64,000 bases of DNA from Auanema rhodensis (lineage: Eukaryota; Animalia; Nematoda). The first letter of the stretch is position 1, and every line of letters begins with the position of its first letter. The stretch covers positions 10,416,001 through 10,480,000 of the forward strand of contig OZ059897.1 in NCBI GenBank assembly GCA_964057225.1. The letters are read 5' to 3'. Below, one piece after another: positions 44,339 through 58,300 of the stretch. The position numbers were made by a program, and so were the translations under genes. Under the pieces are notes generated by a model. That model had not been told where the DNA came from. It ran no database searches and saw only the letters and a program-made list of their open reading frames with translations.

Positions 44339-45718
44339 TTAGATATTTTGTACACTTTTTCTTCCTTGTGAGCACAAGGCGGAATTATGATCTCCTTGGC
44401 AATTGCGACATTTTTGTTTTCTGCATTCCGAACTTTTGTGTTTATCGGAAAAGCAAATCCAACAGATGGCCTTTCCGCGAATGCGGTACCTTCTTTTCTC
44501 TGGTGTTTCAAATGTGGTGCATTGATAAAAACGATGCTCGGATGAGTCGCAAAAGACACATGGCCAAGTTTGGGTTTTCCGTTGTTCTGCAGTGCTGTCT
44601 TTATGTGAAACAGATGTGACATTGTCTTTGTGATTTCGAAACTTTTGTTCATGACTATTTCTTGTTTGTTCTTTTAGAATAAACGAATAGATTTTATGGT
44701 CTACAGCCGCCAGCATTTCTTTAGTAGAATGGTAGTTGTTTGGATGAATTAGAATGTCTTCCACGATGTGGTATGGGAATTTGTTGAGAATCATCGCGGT
44801 ACACATTTCGCGGGATACTGTAGCTCCGGCTGCTTCAATTTGCCTGATAAGTGCCTTGGTTTCTCCAAATGTTTCTTTGCATGCTTTTGCATTATTGCTT
44901 GCAAATCTCAAATTACGTAGTTGTGTTAAAGGAGAGTTGATATCCGACGAATAGTCTCCAAATTCAGAAACTAATGCTTCACGCATGAGCTCATAATTTT
45001 GAGCAGAGGGTTCTATTCCTCTGATTGCTATTTGTGAATTGCCTTTGAGGCTTTCACAGAGTAGGTTTACCTTTTCTAAGGTTGTAAACTGTTCATTATC
45101 ATGAACAAGTCTATCAAAACGGCCCCAGAATGATTTGAAGTTCTCTGGTTTGCCATCAAATGTAGGTAGCGACATCGCTGGTTTTTGGATGCTAGTTTGT
45201 TGGATGTGTAGGAATGACTTGATAATTTCCAGAAATTGATCATTCGATTTGTTTTCTGTTTCATTGTTTTCTGTTGAGCAATTGCTGTTGTGCTCAGATT
45301 CATTCTTATGAAGCGTTTTTCTCAGCTTTCTAAGTATGCGTTCGGCTTTCATGATGTGTTCGTCAAGCTCAATAATGGCGTTTTGAACCTTTTTAATGTT
45401 GGGTTCAAAGTCATCATCGGATGTGAAGGCGATGTACTGTTCGTCTAATGCTTTACGAAGCGTTTTGTCTGATGCTTCGTAAAATTTTTGGAATTTTTTC
45501 TCGTTATCTTGATGATTTTTCAACGATTCTTTGAATTGGTGTTGGACTTTTGTCCAGCGAATGATAAGGCAAGAGAGGGTTTCCTCTTCTTCCTCAGTGT
45601 GGAAGTCGCAATCCACCAGAATACCAGGAAGGTCCTTCACTTCCATCTCGTATCGTGTAAGCAGTTCTCCAAGAAACTGGTTAGATTGTTTGATATGATT
45701 GACAAAAAGGAGTGACAT
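44339..45718 (-). CDS. gag: BEL/Pao Gag
   Basis: Coiled-coil N-terminus; LPTFDG..F..FW.RF..LVH (DUF1759-type); CVFC...H....C, CWIC....H....C and CRNC...H...LC. Confidence 0.93.
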   Translation of the reverse strand: MSLLFVNHIKQSNQFLGELLTRYEMEVKDLPGILVDCDFHTEEEEETLSCLIIRWTKVQHQFKESLKNHQDNEKKFQKFYEASDKTLRKALDEQYIAFTSDDDFEPNIKKVQNAIIELDEHIMKAERILRKLRKTLHKNESEHNSNCSTENNETENKSNDQFLEIIKSFLHIQQTSIQKPAMSLPTFDGKPENFKSFWGRFDRLVHDNEQFTTLEKVNLLCESLKGNSQIAIRGIEPSAQNYELMREALVSEFGDYSSDINSPLTQLRNLRFASNNAKACKETFGETKALIRQIEAAGATVSREMCTAMILNKFPYHIVEDILIHPNNYHSTKEMLAAVDHKIYSFILKEQTRNSHEQKFRNHKDNVTSVSHKDSTAEQRKTQTWPCVFCDSSEHRFYQCTTFETPEKRRYRIRGKAICWICFSDKHKSSECRKQKCRNCQGDHNSALCSQGRKSVQNI

Positions 45719-45991
45719 TTTTGTTGTAGATGTAGGAATAATGCTTATATTCCTTTTTTGTTTTCTTTTTTCTTTGTTTGTTTGGTGATCACAGTATATG
45801 TGAACGTAAGGAAATTGAAACCTCTGTTTCTAATTTCAGAGTTTGCTTATTGTTCAAGTCTGTTTGGTGTGACTTGACGTGGACTTATGATCGCCACGAT
45901 TTTTATTAAGTATGTTTTTTGCTCAAACACGCTTGGTTCGAGTTGTATCTCACCTGCCACGCGGGACTTAAAGCGGCTAAGATCTAAACTA

Positions 45992-46003
45992 GCCGATGCA
46001 CCA
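45992..46003 (-). promoter_or_regulatory. Primer-binding site complementary to the tRNA-Gly 3' end
   Basis: Minus strand TGGTGCATCGGC, 3 nt from the 5' LTR; matches tRNA-Gly(GCC)-type ...GCCGATGCA-CCA. Confidence 0.8.
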
Positions 46004-46006
46004 ATT

Positions 46007-46360
46007 TGTGGAGTTATACTACAAGTGTATAGTATGGTTGGAAGTAAAACACAGAGCGAATATGTAGAAAAGGGTTTATTGATGAATTAACAAGACAAGC
46101 ACGGAATAAAATCACTGACTGCGAACGTTGAAAATGTAAGACTGATCTCTTCTCGTGGGCGGTCGTCAGCCTGAAACAAAGAGTTAGTCATGCCACATGT
46201 ATAACACAACATGTGGTATGGATAAAAATTACTTAGGAAGTTAGAAGAAAGAAGAAAGAAGAGAGAGAAAGAAGAGAGAGAGAGAGAGAGAACAGGAGAA
46301 ACAAATAAAACAATTGTTGAAGATAAAAAAATTATACAAACTCACTCGCTTATCGCGACA
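46007..46360 (-). repeat. BEL/Pao 5' LTR (354 bp)
   Basis: Differs from the other LTR by two substitutions near one end and one extra GA unit, by eye. Confidence 0.95.
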
Positions 46361-49300
46361 AAGAATCTTAGTTCATTTCAGTAACAATGAACACAATAAC
46401 TTTGTTTAGTTGTTGTAATATCGGCCCAAGTAGTATAGTGGTTAGTACTCCACGTTGTGGCCGTGGCGACACAGGTTCGATTCCTGTCTTGGGCATTTTT
46501 TGTTTTGAAATTAAAATGCTATAAACATATTGCTTGCTTGTCATGTTAGATTTCTTTAATTCAAATACATATTTAAGTTCTAACAATTTTTGATTTAATC
46601 ACGTTCAAACAACTGTATTGTTTTCAAAAATAAAGACATCTTTCAATTTCTGGTCATTGAATTAGAATTTTCATGTTGTCACACAGAAATTGAAGATTCT
46701 TAGTTCAATTCAGTAACAATGAACACACTAACTTTGTTAAGTTGTTGTAATATCGGCCCAAGTAATATAGTGGTTAGTACTCCACGTTGTGGCCGTGGCG
46801 ACACAGATTCGATTCCTGTTTTGGGCATTTTTTGTTTTGAAATTTAAATGCTATAAAATTATTGCTTGCTTGTCATGTTAGATTTCTTTAATTTGAATAC
46901 TTATTCAAGTTATAACAATTTTCGATTTAATCACGTTCAAACAACTGTATTGTTTTCAAAAATAAAGACATCTTTCAATTTCTGTTCATTGAATTAGAAT
47001 TTTCATGTTGTCACACAGAAATTGAAGAATCTTAGTTCAATTCAGTAACAATGAACACACTAACTTTGTTAAGTTGTTGTAATATCGGCCCAAGTAGTAT
47101 ACTGGTTAGTACTCCACGTTGTGGCCGTGGCGACACAGATTCGATTCCTGTTTTGGGCATTTTTTGTTTTGAAATTAAAATGCTATAAACATATTGCTTG
47201 CTTGTCATGTTAGATTTGTTTAATTCAAATACTTATTTAAGTTCCAACAATTTTCGATTAAATCACGTTCATTTAACTGTATTGTTTTCAAAAATAAAGA
47301 CATCTTTCAATTTCTGGTCATTGAATTAGAATTTTCATGTTGTCACACAGAAATTGAAGAATCTTAGTTCATTTCAGTAACAATGAACACACTAATTTCG
47401 TTAAGTTGTTGTAATATCGGCCCAAGTAGTATAGTGGTTAGTACTCCACGTTGTGGCCGTGGCGAAACAGATTCGATTCCTGTCTTGGGCATTTTTTGTT
47501 TTGAAATTAAAATGCTATAAACATATTGCTTGCTTGTCATGTTAGATTTGTTTAATTCAAATACTTATTTAAGTTCTATCAATTTTCGATTTAATCACGT
47601 TCAATCAACTGTATTGTTTTCAAAAATAAAGACATCTTTCAATTTCTGGTCATTGAATTAGAATTTTCATGTTGTCACACAGAAATTAAAGAATCTTAGT
47701 TCATTTCAGTAACAATGAACACACTAACTTTGTTAAGTTGTTGTAATATCGGCCCAAGTAGTATAGTGGTTAGTACTCCACGTTGTGGCCGTGGCGACAC
47801 AGGTTCGATTCCTGTCTTGGGCATTTTTTGTTTTGAAATTTAAATGCTATAAAATTATTGCTTGCTTGTCATGTTAGATTTGTTTAATTCAAATACTTAT
47901 TTAAGTTCTAACAATTTTTGATTAAATCACGTTCAATTAACTGTATTGTTTTCAAAAATAAAGACAAAATTCAATTTCTGTTCATTGAATTAGAATTTTC
48001 ATGTTGTCACACAGAAATTGAAGAATCTTAGTTCAATTCAGTAACAACGAACACACTAACTTTGTTAAGTTGTTGTAATATCGGCCCAAGTAATATAGTG
48101 GTTAGTACTCCACGTTGTGGCCGTGGCGACACAGATTCGATTCCTGTTTTGGGCATTTTTTGTTTTGAAATTTAAAAGCTATAAAATTATTGCTTGCTTG
48201 TCATGTTAAATTTCTTTAATTTGAATACTTATTTAAATTCTAACAATTTTTGATTTAATCACGTTCAATTAACTGTATTGTTTTCAAAAATGAAGACATC
48301 TTTCAATTTCTGTTCATTGAATTAGAATTTTCATGTTGTCACACAGAAATTGAAGAATCTTAGTTCAATTCAGTAACATTGAACACACTAACTTTGTTAA
48401 GTTGTTGTAATATCGGCCCAAGTAGTATACTGGTTAGTACTCCACGTTGTGGCCGTGGCGACACAGATTCGATTCCTGTCTTGGGCATTTTTTGTTTTGA
48501 AATTAAAATGCTATAAACATATTGCTTGCTTGTCATGTTAGATTTGTTTAATTCAAATACTTATTTAAGTTCTAACAATTTTCGATTTAATCACGTTCAA
48601 TCAACTGTACTGTTTTCAAAAATAAAGACATCTTTCAATTTCTGGTCATTGAATTAGAATTTTCATGTTGTCACACAGAAATTGAAGAATCTTAGTTCAT
48701 TTCAGTAACAATGAACACACTAACTTTGTTAAGTTGTTGTAATATCGGCCCAAGTAGTATAGTGGTTAGTACTCCACGTTGTGGCCGTGGCGACACAGGT
48801 TCGATTCCTGTCTTGGGCATTTTTTGTTTTGAAATTTAAATGCTATAAAATTATTGCTTGCTTGTCATGTTAGATTTGTTTAATTCAAATACTTATTTAA
48901 GTTCCAACAATTTTCGATTAAATCACGTTCATTTAACTGTATTGTTTTCAAAAATAAAGACATCTTTCAATTTCTGGTCATTGAATTAGAATTTTCATGT
49001 TGTCACACAGAAATTGAAGAATCTTAGTTCATTTCAGTAACAATGAACACACTAATTTCGTTAAGTTGTTGTAATATCGGCCCAAGTAGTATAGTGGTTA
49101 GTACTCCACGTTGTGGCCGTGGCTAAACAGATTCGATTCCTGTCTTGGGCATTTTTTGTTTTGAAATTAAAATGCTATAAACATATTGCTTGCTTGTCAT
49201 GTTAGATTTGTTTAATTCAAATACTTATTTAAGTTCTATCAATTTTCGATTTAATCACGTTCAATCAACTGTATTGTTTTCAAAAATAAAGACATCTTTC

Positions 49301-52300
49301 AATTTCTGGTCATTGAATTAGAATTTTCATGTTGTCACACAGAAATTGAAGAATCTTAGTTCATTTCAGTAACAATGAACACACTAACTTTGTTAAGTTG
49401 TTGTAATATCGGCCCAAGTAGTATAGTGGTTAGTACTCCACGTTGTGGCCGTGGCGACACAGGTTCGATTCCTGTCTTGGGCATTTTTTGTTTTGAAATT
49501 TAAATGCTATAAAATTATTGCTTGCTTGTCATGTTAGATTTGTTTAATTCAAATACTTATTTAAGTTCTAACAATTTTTGATTTAATCACGTTCAATTAA
49601 CTGTATTGTTTTCAAAAATAAAGACAAAATTCAATTTCTGTTCATTGAATTAGAATTTTCATGTTGTCACACAGAAATTGAAGAATCTTAGTTCAATTCA
49701 GTAACAACGAACACACTAACTTTGTTAAGTTGTTGTAATATCGGCCCAAGTAATATAGTGGTTAGTACTCCACGTTGTGGCCGTGGCGACACAGATTCGA
49801 TTCCTGTTTTGGGCATTTTTTGTTTTGAAATTTAAAAGCTATAAAATTATTGCTTGCTTGTCATGTTAAATTTCTTTAATTTGAATACTTATTTAAATTC
49901 TAACAATTTTTGATTTAATCACGTTCAATTAACTGTATTGTTTTCAAAAATGAAGACATCTTTCAATTTCTGTTCATTGAATTAGAATTTTCATGTTGTC
50001 ACACAGAAATTGAAGAATCTTAGTTCAATTAAGTAACATTGAACACACTAACTTTGTTAAGTTGTTGTAATATCGGCCCAAGTAGTATACTGGTTAGTAC
50101 TCCACGTTGTGGCCGTGGCGACACAGATTCGATTCCTGTTTTGGGCATTTTTTGTTTTGAAATTAAAATGCTATAAACATATTGCTTGCTTGTCATGTTA
50201 GATTTGTTTAATTCAAATACTTATTTAAGTTCTAACAATTTTCGATTTAATCACGTTCAATCAACTGTACTGTTTTCAAAAATAAAGACATCTTTCAATT
50301 TCTGGTCATTGAATTAGAATTTTCATGTTGTCACACAGAAATTGAAGAATCTTAGTTCATTTCAGTAACAATGAACACACTAACTTTGTTAAGTTGTTGT
50401 AATATCGGCCCAAGTAGTATAGTGGTTAGTACTCCACGTTGTGGCCGTGGCGACACAGGTTCGATTCCTGTCTTGGGCATTTTTTGTTTTGAAATTTAAA
50501 TGCTATAAAATTATTGCTTGCTTGTCATGTTAGATTTGTTTAATTCAAATACTTATTTAAGTTCCAACAATTTTCGATTAAATCACGTTCATTTAACTGT
50601 ATTGTTTTCAAAAATAAAGACATCTTTCAATTTCTGGTCATTGAATTAGAATTTTCATGTTGTCACACAGAAATTGAAGAATCTTAGTTCATTTCAGTAA
50701 CAATGAACACACTAATTTCGTTAAGTTGTTGTAATATCGGCCCAAGTAGTATAGTGGTTAGTACTCCACGTTGTGGCCGTGGCGAAACAGATTCGATTCC
50801 TGTCTTGGGCATTTTTTGTTTTGAAATTAAAATGCTATAAACATATTGCTTGCTTGTCATGTTAGATTTGTTTAATTCAAATACTTATTTAAGTTCTATC
50901 AATTTTCGATTTAATCACGTTCAATCAACTGTATTGTTTTCAAAAATAAAGACATCTTTCAATTTCTGGTCATTGAATTAGAATTTTCATGTTGTCACAC
51001 AGAAATTGAAGAATCTTAGTTCATTTCAGTAACAATGAACACACTAACTTTGTTAAGTTGTTGTAATATCGGCCCAAGTAGTATAGTGGTTAGTACTCCA
51101 CGTTGTGGCCGTGGCGACACAGGTTCGATTCCTGTCTTGGGCATTTTTTGTTTTGAAATTTAAATGCTATAAAATTATTGCTTGCTTGTCATGTTAGATT
51201 TGTTTAATTCAAATACTTATTTAAGTTCCAACAATTTTCGATTAAATCACGTTCATTTAACTGTATTGTTTTCAAAAATAAAGACATCTTTCAATTTCTG
51301 GTCATTGAATTAGAATTTTCATGTTGTGACACAGAAATTGAAGAATCTTAGTTCATTTCAGTAACAATGAACACACTAATTTCGTTCAGTTGTTGTAATA
51401 TCGGCCCAAGTAGTATAGTGGTTAGTACTCCACGTTGTGGCCGTGGCGAAACAGATTCGATTCCTGTCTTGGGCATTTTTTGTTTTGAAATTAAAATGCT
51501 ATAAACATATTGCTTGCTTGTCATGTTAGATTTGTTTAATTCAAATACTTATTTAAGTTCTATCAATTTTCGATTTAATCACGTTCAATCAACTGTATTG
51601 TTTTCAAAAATAAAGACAAAATTCAATTTCTGTTCATTGAATTAGAATTTTCATGTTGTCACACAGAAATTGAAGAATCTTAGTTCAATTCAGTAACAAT
51701 GAACACACTAACTTTGTTGAGTTGTTGTAATATCGGCCCAAGTAGTATAGTGGTTAGTACTCCACGTTGTGGCCGTGGCGACACAGGTTCGATTCCTGTC
51801 TTGGGCATTTTTTGTTTTGAAATTTAAATGCTATAAAATAATTGCTTGCTTGTCATGTTAGATTTCTTTAATTTGAATACTTATTCAAGTTATAACAATT
51901 TTTGATTTAATCACGTTCAATTAACTGTATTGTTTTCAAAAATAAAGACAAAATTCAATTTCTGTTCATTGAATTAGAATTTTCATGTTGTCACACAGAA
52001 ATTGAAGAATCTTAGTTCAATTCAGTAACAATGAACACACTAACTTTGTTAAGTTGTTGTAATATCGGCCCAAGTAATATAGTGGTTAGTACTCCACGTT
52101 GTGGCCGTGGCGACACAGATTCGATTCCTGTCTTGGACATTTTTTGTTTTGAAATTAAAATGCTATAAACATATTGCTTGCTTGTCATGTTAGATTTCTT
52201 TAATTCAAATACATATTTAAGTTCTAACAATTTTTGATTTAATCACGTTCAATTAACTGTATTGTTTTCAAAAATAAAGACATCTTTCAATTTCTGTTCA

Positions 52301-55300
52301 TTGAATTAGAATTTTCATGTTGTCACACAGAAATTGAAGATTCTTAGTTCAATTCAGTAACAATGAACACACTAACTTTGTTAAGTTGTTGTGATATCGG
52401 CCCAAGTAATATAGTGGTTAGTACTCCACGTTGTGGCCGTGGCGACACAGATTCGATTCCTTTCTTGGGCATTTTTTGTTTTGAAATTAAAATGCTACAA
52501 AATTATTGCTTGCTTGTCGTGTTAAATTTCTTTAATTTGAATACTTATTTAAGTTATAACAATTTTCGATTTAATCACGTTCAATCAACTGTATTGTTTT
52601 CAAAAATAAAGACAAAATTCAATTTCTGTTCATTGAATTAGAATTTTCATGTTGTCACACAGAAATTGAAGAATCTTAGTTCAATTCAGTAACAACGAAC
52701 ACACTAACTTTGTTAAGTTGTTGTAATATCGGCCCAAGTAATATAGTGGTTAGTACTCCACGTTGTGGCCGTGGCGACACAGATTCGATTCCTGTTTTGG
52801 GCATTTTTTGTTTTGAAATTTAAATGCTATAAAATAATTGCTTGCTTGTCATGTTAGATTTCTTTAATTTGAATACTTATTCAAGTTATAACAATTTTTG
52901 ATTTAATCACGTTCAATTAACTGTATTGTTTTCAAAAATAAAGACAAAATTCAATTTCTGTTCATTGAATTAGAATTTTCATGTTGTCACACAGAAATTG
53001 AAGAATCTTAGTTCAATTCAGTAACAATGAACACACTAACTTTGTTAAGTTGTTGTAATATCGGCCCAAGTAATATAGTGGTTAGTACTCCACGTTGTGG
53101 CCGTGGCGACACAGATTCGATTCCTGTCTTGGACATTTTTTGTTTTGAAATTAAAATGCTATAAACATATTGCTTGCTTGTCATGTTAGATTTCTTTAAT
53201 TCAAATACATATTTAAGTTCTAACAATTTTTGATTTAATCACGTTCAATTAACTGTATTGTTTTCAAAAATAAAGACATCTTTCAATTTCTGTTCATTGA
53301 ATTAGAATTTTCATGTTGTCACACAGAAATTGAAGATTCTTAGTTCAATTCAGTAACAATGAACACACTAACTTTGTTAAGTTGTTGTGATATCGGCCCA
53401 AGTAATATAGTGGTTAGTACTCCACGTTGTGGCCGTGGCGACACAGATTCGATTCCTTTCTTGGGCATTTTTTGTTTTGAAATTAAAATGCTACAAAATT
53501 ATTGCTTGCTTGTCGTGTTAAATTTCTTTAATTTGAATACTTATTTAAGTTATAACAATTTTCGATTTAATCACGTTCAATCAACTGTATTGTTTTCAAA
53601 AATAAAGACAAAATTCAATTTCTGTTCATTGAATTAGAATTTTCATGTTGTCACACAGAAATTGAAGAATCTTAGTTCAATTCAGTAACAATGAACACAC
53701 AAACTTTGTTAAGTTGTTGTAATATCGGCCCAAGTAATATAGTGGTTAGTACTCCACGTTGTGGCCGTGGCGACACAGATTCGATTCCTGTTTTGGGTAT
53801 TTTTTGTTTTGAAATTTAAATGCTATAAAATTATTGCTTGCTTGTCATGTTAGATTTCTTTAATTTGAATACTTATTCAAGTTATAACAACTTTCGATTT
53901 AATCACGTTCAATCAACTGTATTGTTTTCAAAAATAAAGACAAAATTCAATTTCTGTTCATTGAATTAGAATTTTCATGTTGTCACACAGAAATTGAAGA
54001 ATCTTAGTTCAATTCAGTAACAATGAACACACTAACTTTGTTAAGTTGTTGTAATATCGGCCCAAGTAATATAGTGGTTAGTACTCCACGTTGTGGCCGT
54101 GGCGACACAGATTCGATTCTTGTCTTGGACATTTTTTGTTTTGAAATTAAAATGCTATAAACATATTGCTTGCTTGTCATGTTAGATTTCTTTAATTCAA
54201 ATACATATTTAAGTTCTAACAATTTTTGATTTAACCACGTTCAATTAACTGTATTGTTTTCAAAAATAAAGACATCTTTCAATTTCTGTTCATTGAATTA
54301 AAATTTTCATGTTGTCACACAGAAATTGAAGATTCTTAGTTCAATTCAGTAACAATGAACACACTAACTTTGTTAAGTTGTTGTGATATCGGCCCAAGTA
54401 ATATAGTGGTTAGTACTCCACGTTGTGGCCGTGGCGACACAGATTCGATTCCTTTCTTGGGCATTTTTTGTTTTGAAATTAAAATGCTACAAAATTATTG
54501 CGTGCTTGTCATGTTAGATTTCTTTAATTTGAATACTTATTTAAGTTATAACAATTTTCGATTTAATCACGTTCAATCAACTGTATTGTTTTCAAAAATA
54601 AAGACAAAATTCAATTTCTGTTCATTGAATTAGAATTTTCATGTTGTCACACAGAAATTGAAGAATCTTAGTTCAATTCAGTAACAACGAACACACTAAC
54701 TTTGTTAAGTTGTTGTAATATCGGCCCAAGTAATATAGTGGTTAGTACTCCACGTTGTGGCCGTGGCGACACAGATTCGATTCCTATTTTGGGCATTTTT
54801 TGTTTTGAAATTTAAAAGCTATAAAATTATTGCTTGCTTGTCATGTTAAATTTCTTTAATTTGAATACTTATTTAAGTTCTAACAATTTTTGATTTAATC
54901 ACGTTCAATTAACTGTATTGTTTTCAAAAATGAAGACAAAATTCAATTTCTGTTCATTGAATTAGAATTTTCATGTTGTCACACAGAAATTGAAGAATCT
55001 TAGTTCAATTCAGTAACAACGAACACACTAACTTTGTTAAGTTGTTGTAATATCGGCCCAAGTAGTATAGTGGTTAGTACTCCACGTTGTGGCCGTGGCG
55101 ACACAGATTCGATTTCTGTTTTGGGCATTTTTTGTTTTGAAATTTAAATGCTATAAAATAATTGCTTGCTTGTCATGTTAGATTTCTTTAATTTGAATAC
55201 TTATTCAAGTTATAACAATTTTTGATTTAATCACGTTCAATTAACTGTATTGTTTTCAAAAATAAAGACAAAATTCAATTTCTGTTCATTGAATTAGAAT

Positions 55301-58300
55301 TTTCATGTTGTCACACAGAAATTGAAGAATCTTAGTTCAATTCAGTAACAATGAACACACTAACTTTGTTAAGTTGTTGTAATATCGGCCCAAGTAATAT
55401 AGTGGTTAGTACTCCACGTTGTGGCCGTGGCGACACAGATTCGATTCCTGTCTTGGACATTTTTTGTTTTGAAATTAAAATGCTATAAACATATTGCTTG
55501 CTTGTCATGTTAGATTTCTTTAATTCAAATACATATTTAAGTTCTAACAATTTTTGATTTAATCACGTTCAATTAACTGTATTGTTTTCAAAAATAAAGA
55601 CATCTTTCAATTTCTGTTCATTGAATTAGAATTTTCATGTTGTCACACAGAAATTGAAGATTCTTAGTTCAATTCAGTAACAATGAACACACTAACTTTG
55701 TTAAGTTGTTGTGATATCGGCCCAAGTAATATAGTGGTTAGTACTCCACGTTGTGGCCGTGGCGACACAGATTCGATTCCTTTCTTGGGCATTTTTTGTT
55801 TTGAAATTAAAATGCTACAAAATTATTGCTTGCTTGTCGTGTTAAATTTCTTTAATTTGAATACTTATTTAAGTTATAACAATTTTCGATTTAATCACGT
55901 TCAATCAACTGTATTGTTTTCAAAAATAAAGACAAAATTCAATTTCTGTTCATTGAATTAGAATTTTCATGTTGTCACACAGAAATTGAAGAATCTTAGT
56001 TCAATTCAGTAACAATGAACACACAAACTTTGTTAAGTTGTTGTAATATCGGCCCAAGTAATATAGTGGTTAGTACTCCACGTTGTGGCCGTGGCGACAC
56101 AGATTCGATTCCTATTTTGGGCATTTTTTGTTTTGAAATTTAAAAGCTATAAAATTATTGCTTGCTTGTCATGTTAAATTTCTTTAATTTGAATACTTAT
56201 TTAAGTTCTAACAATTTTTGATTTAATCACGTTCAATTAACTGTATTGTTTTCAAAAATGAAGACAAAATTCAATTTCTGTTCATTGAATTAGAATTTTC
56301 ATGTTGTCACACAGAAATTGAAGATTCTTAGTTCAATTCAGTAACAATGAACACACTAACTTTGTTAAGTTGTTGTGATATCGGCCCAAGTAATATAGTG
56401 GTTAGTACTCCACGTTGTGGCCGTGGCGACACAGATTCGATTCCTTTCTTGGGCATTTTTTGTTTTGAAATTAAAATGCTACAAAATTATTGCTTGCTTG
56501 TCGTGTTAAATTTCTTTAATTTGAATACTTATTTAAGTTATAACAATTTTCGATTTAATCACGTTCAATCAACTGTATTGTTTTCAAAAATAAAGACAAA
56601 ATTCAATTTCTGTTCATTGAATTAGAATTTTCATGTTGTCACACAGAAATTGAAGAATCTTAGTTCAATTCAGTAACAATGAACACACAAACTTTGTTAA
56701 GTTGTTGTAATATCGGCCCAAGTAATATAGTGGTTAGTACTCCACGTTGTGGCCGTGGCGACACAGATTCGATTCCTATTTTGGGCATTTTTTGTTTTGA
56801 AATTTAAAAGCTATAAAATTATTGCTTGCTTGTCATGTTAAATTTCTTTAATTTGAATACTTATTTAAGTTCTAACAATTTTTGATTTAATCACGTTCAA
56901 TTAACTGTATTGTTTTCAAAAATGAAGACAAAATTCAATTTCTGTTCATTGAATTAGAATTTTCATGTTGTCACACAGAAATTGAAGATTCTTAGTTCAA
57001 TTCAGTAACAATGAACACACTAACTTTGTTAAGTTGTTGTGATATCGGCCCAAGTAATATAGTGGTTAGTACTCCACGTTGTGGCCGTGGCGACACAGAT
57101 TCGATTCCTTTCTTGGGCATTTTTTGTTTTGAAATTAAAATGCTACAAAATTATTGCTTGCTTGTCGTGTTAAATTTCTTTAATTTGAATACTTATTTAA
57201 GTTATAACAATTTTCGATTTAATCACGTTCAATCAACTGTATTGTTTTCAAAAATAAAGACAAAATTCAATTTCTGTTCATTGAATTAGAATTTTCATGT
57301 TGTCACACAGAAATTGAAGAATCTTAGTTCAATTCAGTAACAATGAACACACAAACTTTGTTAAGTTGTTGTAATATCGGCCCAAGTAATATAGTGGTTA
57401 GTACTCCACGTTGTGGCCGTGGCGACACAGATTCGATTCCTGTTTTGGGTATTTTTTGTTTTGAAATTTAAATGCTATAAAATTATTGCTTGCTTGTCAT
57501 GTTAGATTTCTTTAATTTGAATACTTATTCAAGTTATAACAATTTTCGATTTAATCACGTTCAATCAACTGTATTGTTTTCAAAAATAAAGACAAAATTC
57601 AATTTCTGTTCATTGAATTAGAATTTTCATGTTGTCACACAGAAATTGAAGAATCTTAGTTCAATTCAGTAACAATGAACACACTAACTTTGTTAAGTTG
57701 TTGTAATATCGGCCCAAGTAATATAGTGGTTAGTACTCCACGTTGTGGCCGTGGCGACACAGATTCGATTCCTGTCTTGGACATTTTTTGTTTTGAAATT
57801 AAAATGCTATAAACATATTGCTTGCTTGTCATGTTAGATTTCTTTAATTCAAATACATATTTAAGTTCTAACAATTTTTGATTTAATCACGTTCAATTAA
57901 CTGTATTGTTTTCAAAAATAAAGACAAAATTCAATTTCTGTTCATTGAATTAGAATTTTCATGTTGTCACACAGAAATTGAAGAATCTTAGTTCAATTCA
58001 GTAACAATGAACACACTAACTTTGTTAAGTTGTTGTAATATCGGCCCAAGTAATATAGTGGTTAGTACTCCACGTTGTGGCCGTGGCGACACAGATTCGA
58101 TTCCTGTTTTGGGTATTTTTTGTTTTGAAATTTAAATGCTATAAAATTATTGCTTGCTTGTCATGTTAGATTTCTTTAATTTGAATACTTATTCAAGTTA
58201 TAACAACTTTCGATTTAATCACGTTCAATCAACTGTATTGTTTTCAAAAATAAAGACAAAATTCAATTTCTGTTCATTGAATTAGAATTTTCATGTTGTC

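Larger units (their letters stand above)
36600..46360 (-). mobile_element. BEL/Pao LTR retroelement with a phlebovirus Gc-like env
   Basis: TG...CA LTRs, 5-bp TSD AAGAA (36595-36599 and 46361-46365), triple Cys-His Gag motif, YVDN RT, Pao-type RNase H and integrase. Confidence 0.96.

Noticed and set aside
44293-44652. Overlapping minus-strand ORF as a gag-pol frameshift bridge
   Set aside because: It ends at its own stop, and gag and pol are already in the same frame.
38328-45715. Plus-strand ORFs opposite BEL gag/pol/env
   Set aside because: Antisense shadows with no independent evidence.
30457-46003. Elements primed by the surrounding tRNA-His
   Set aside because: The PBS sequences match tRNA-Gln and tRNA-Gly, not the His 3' end.
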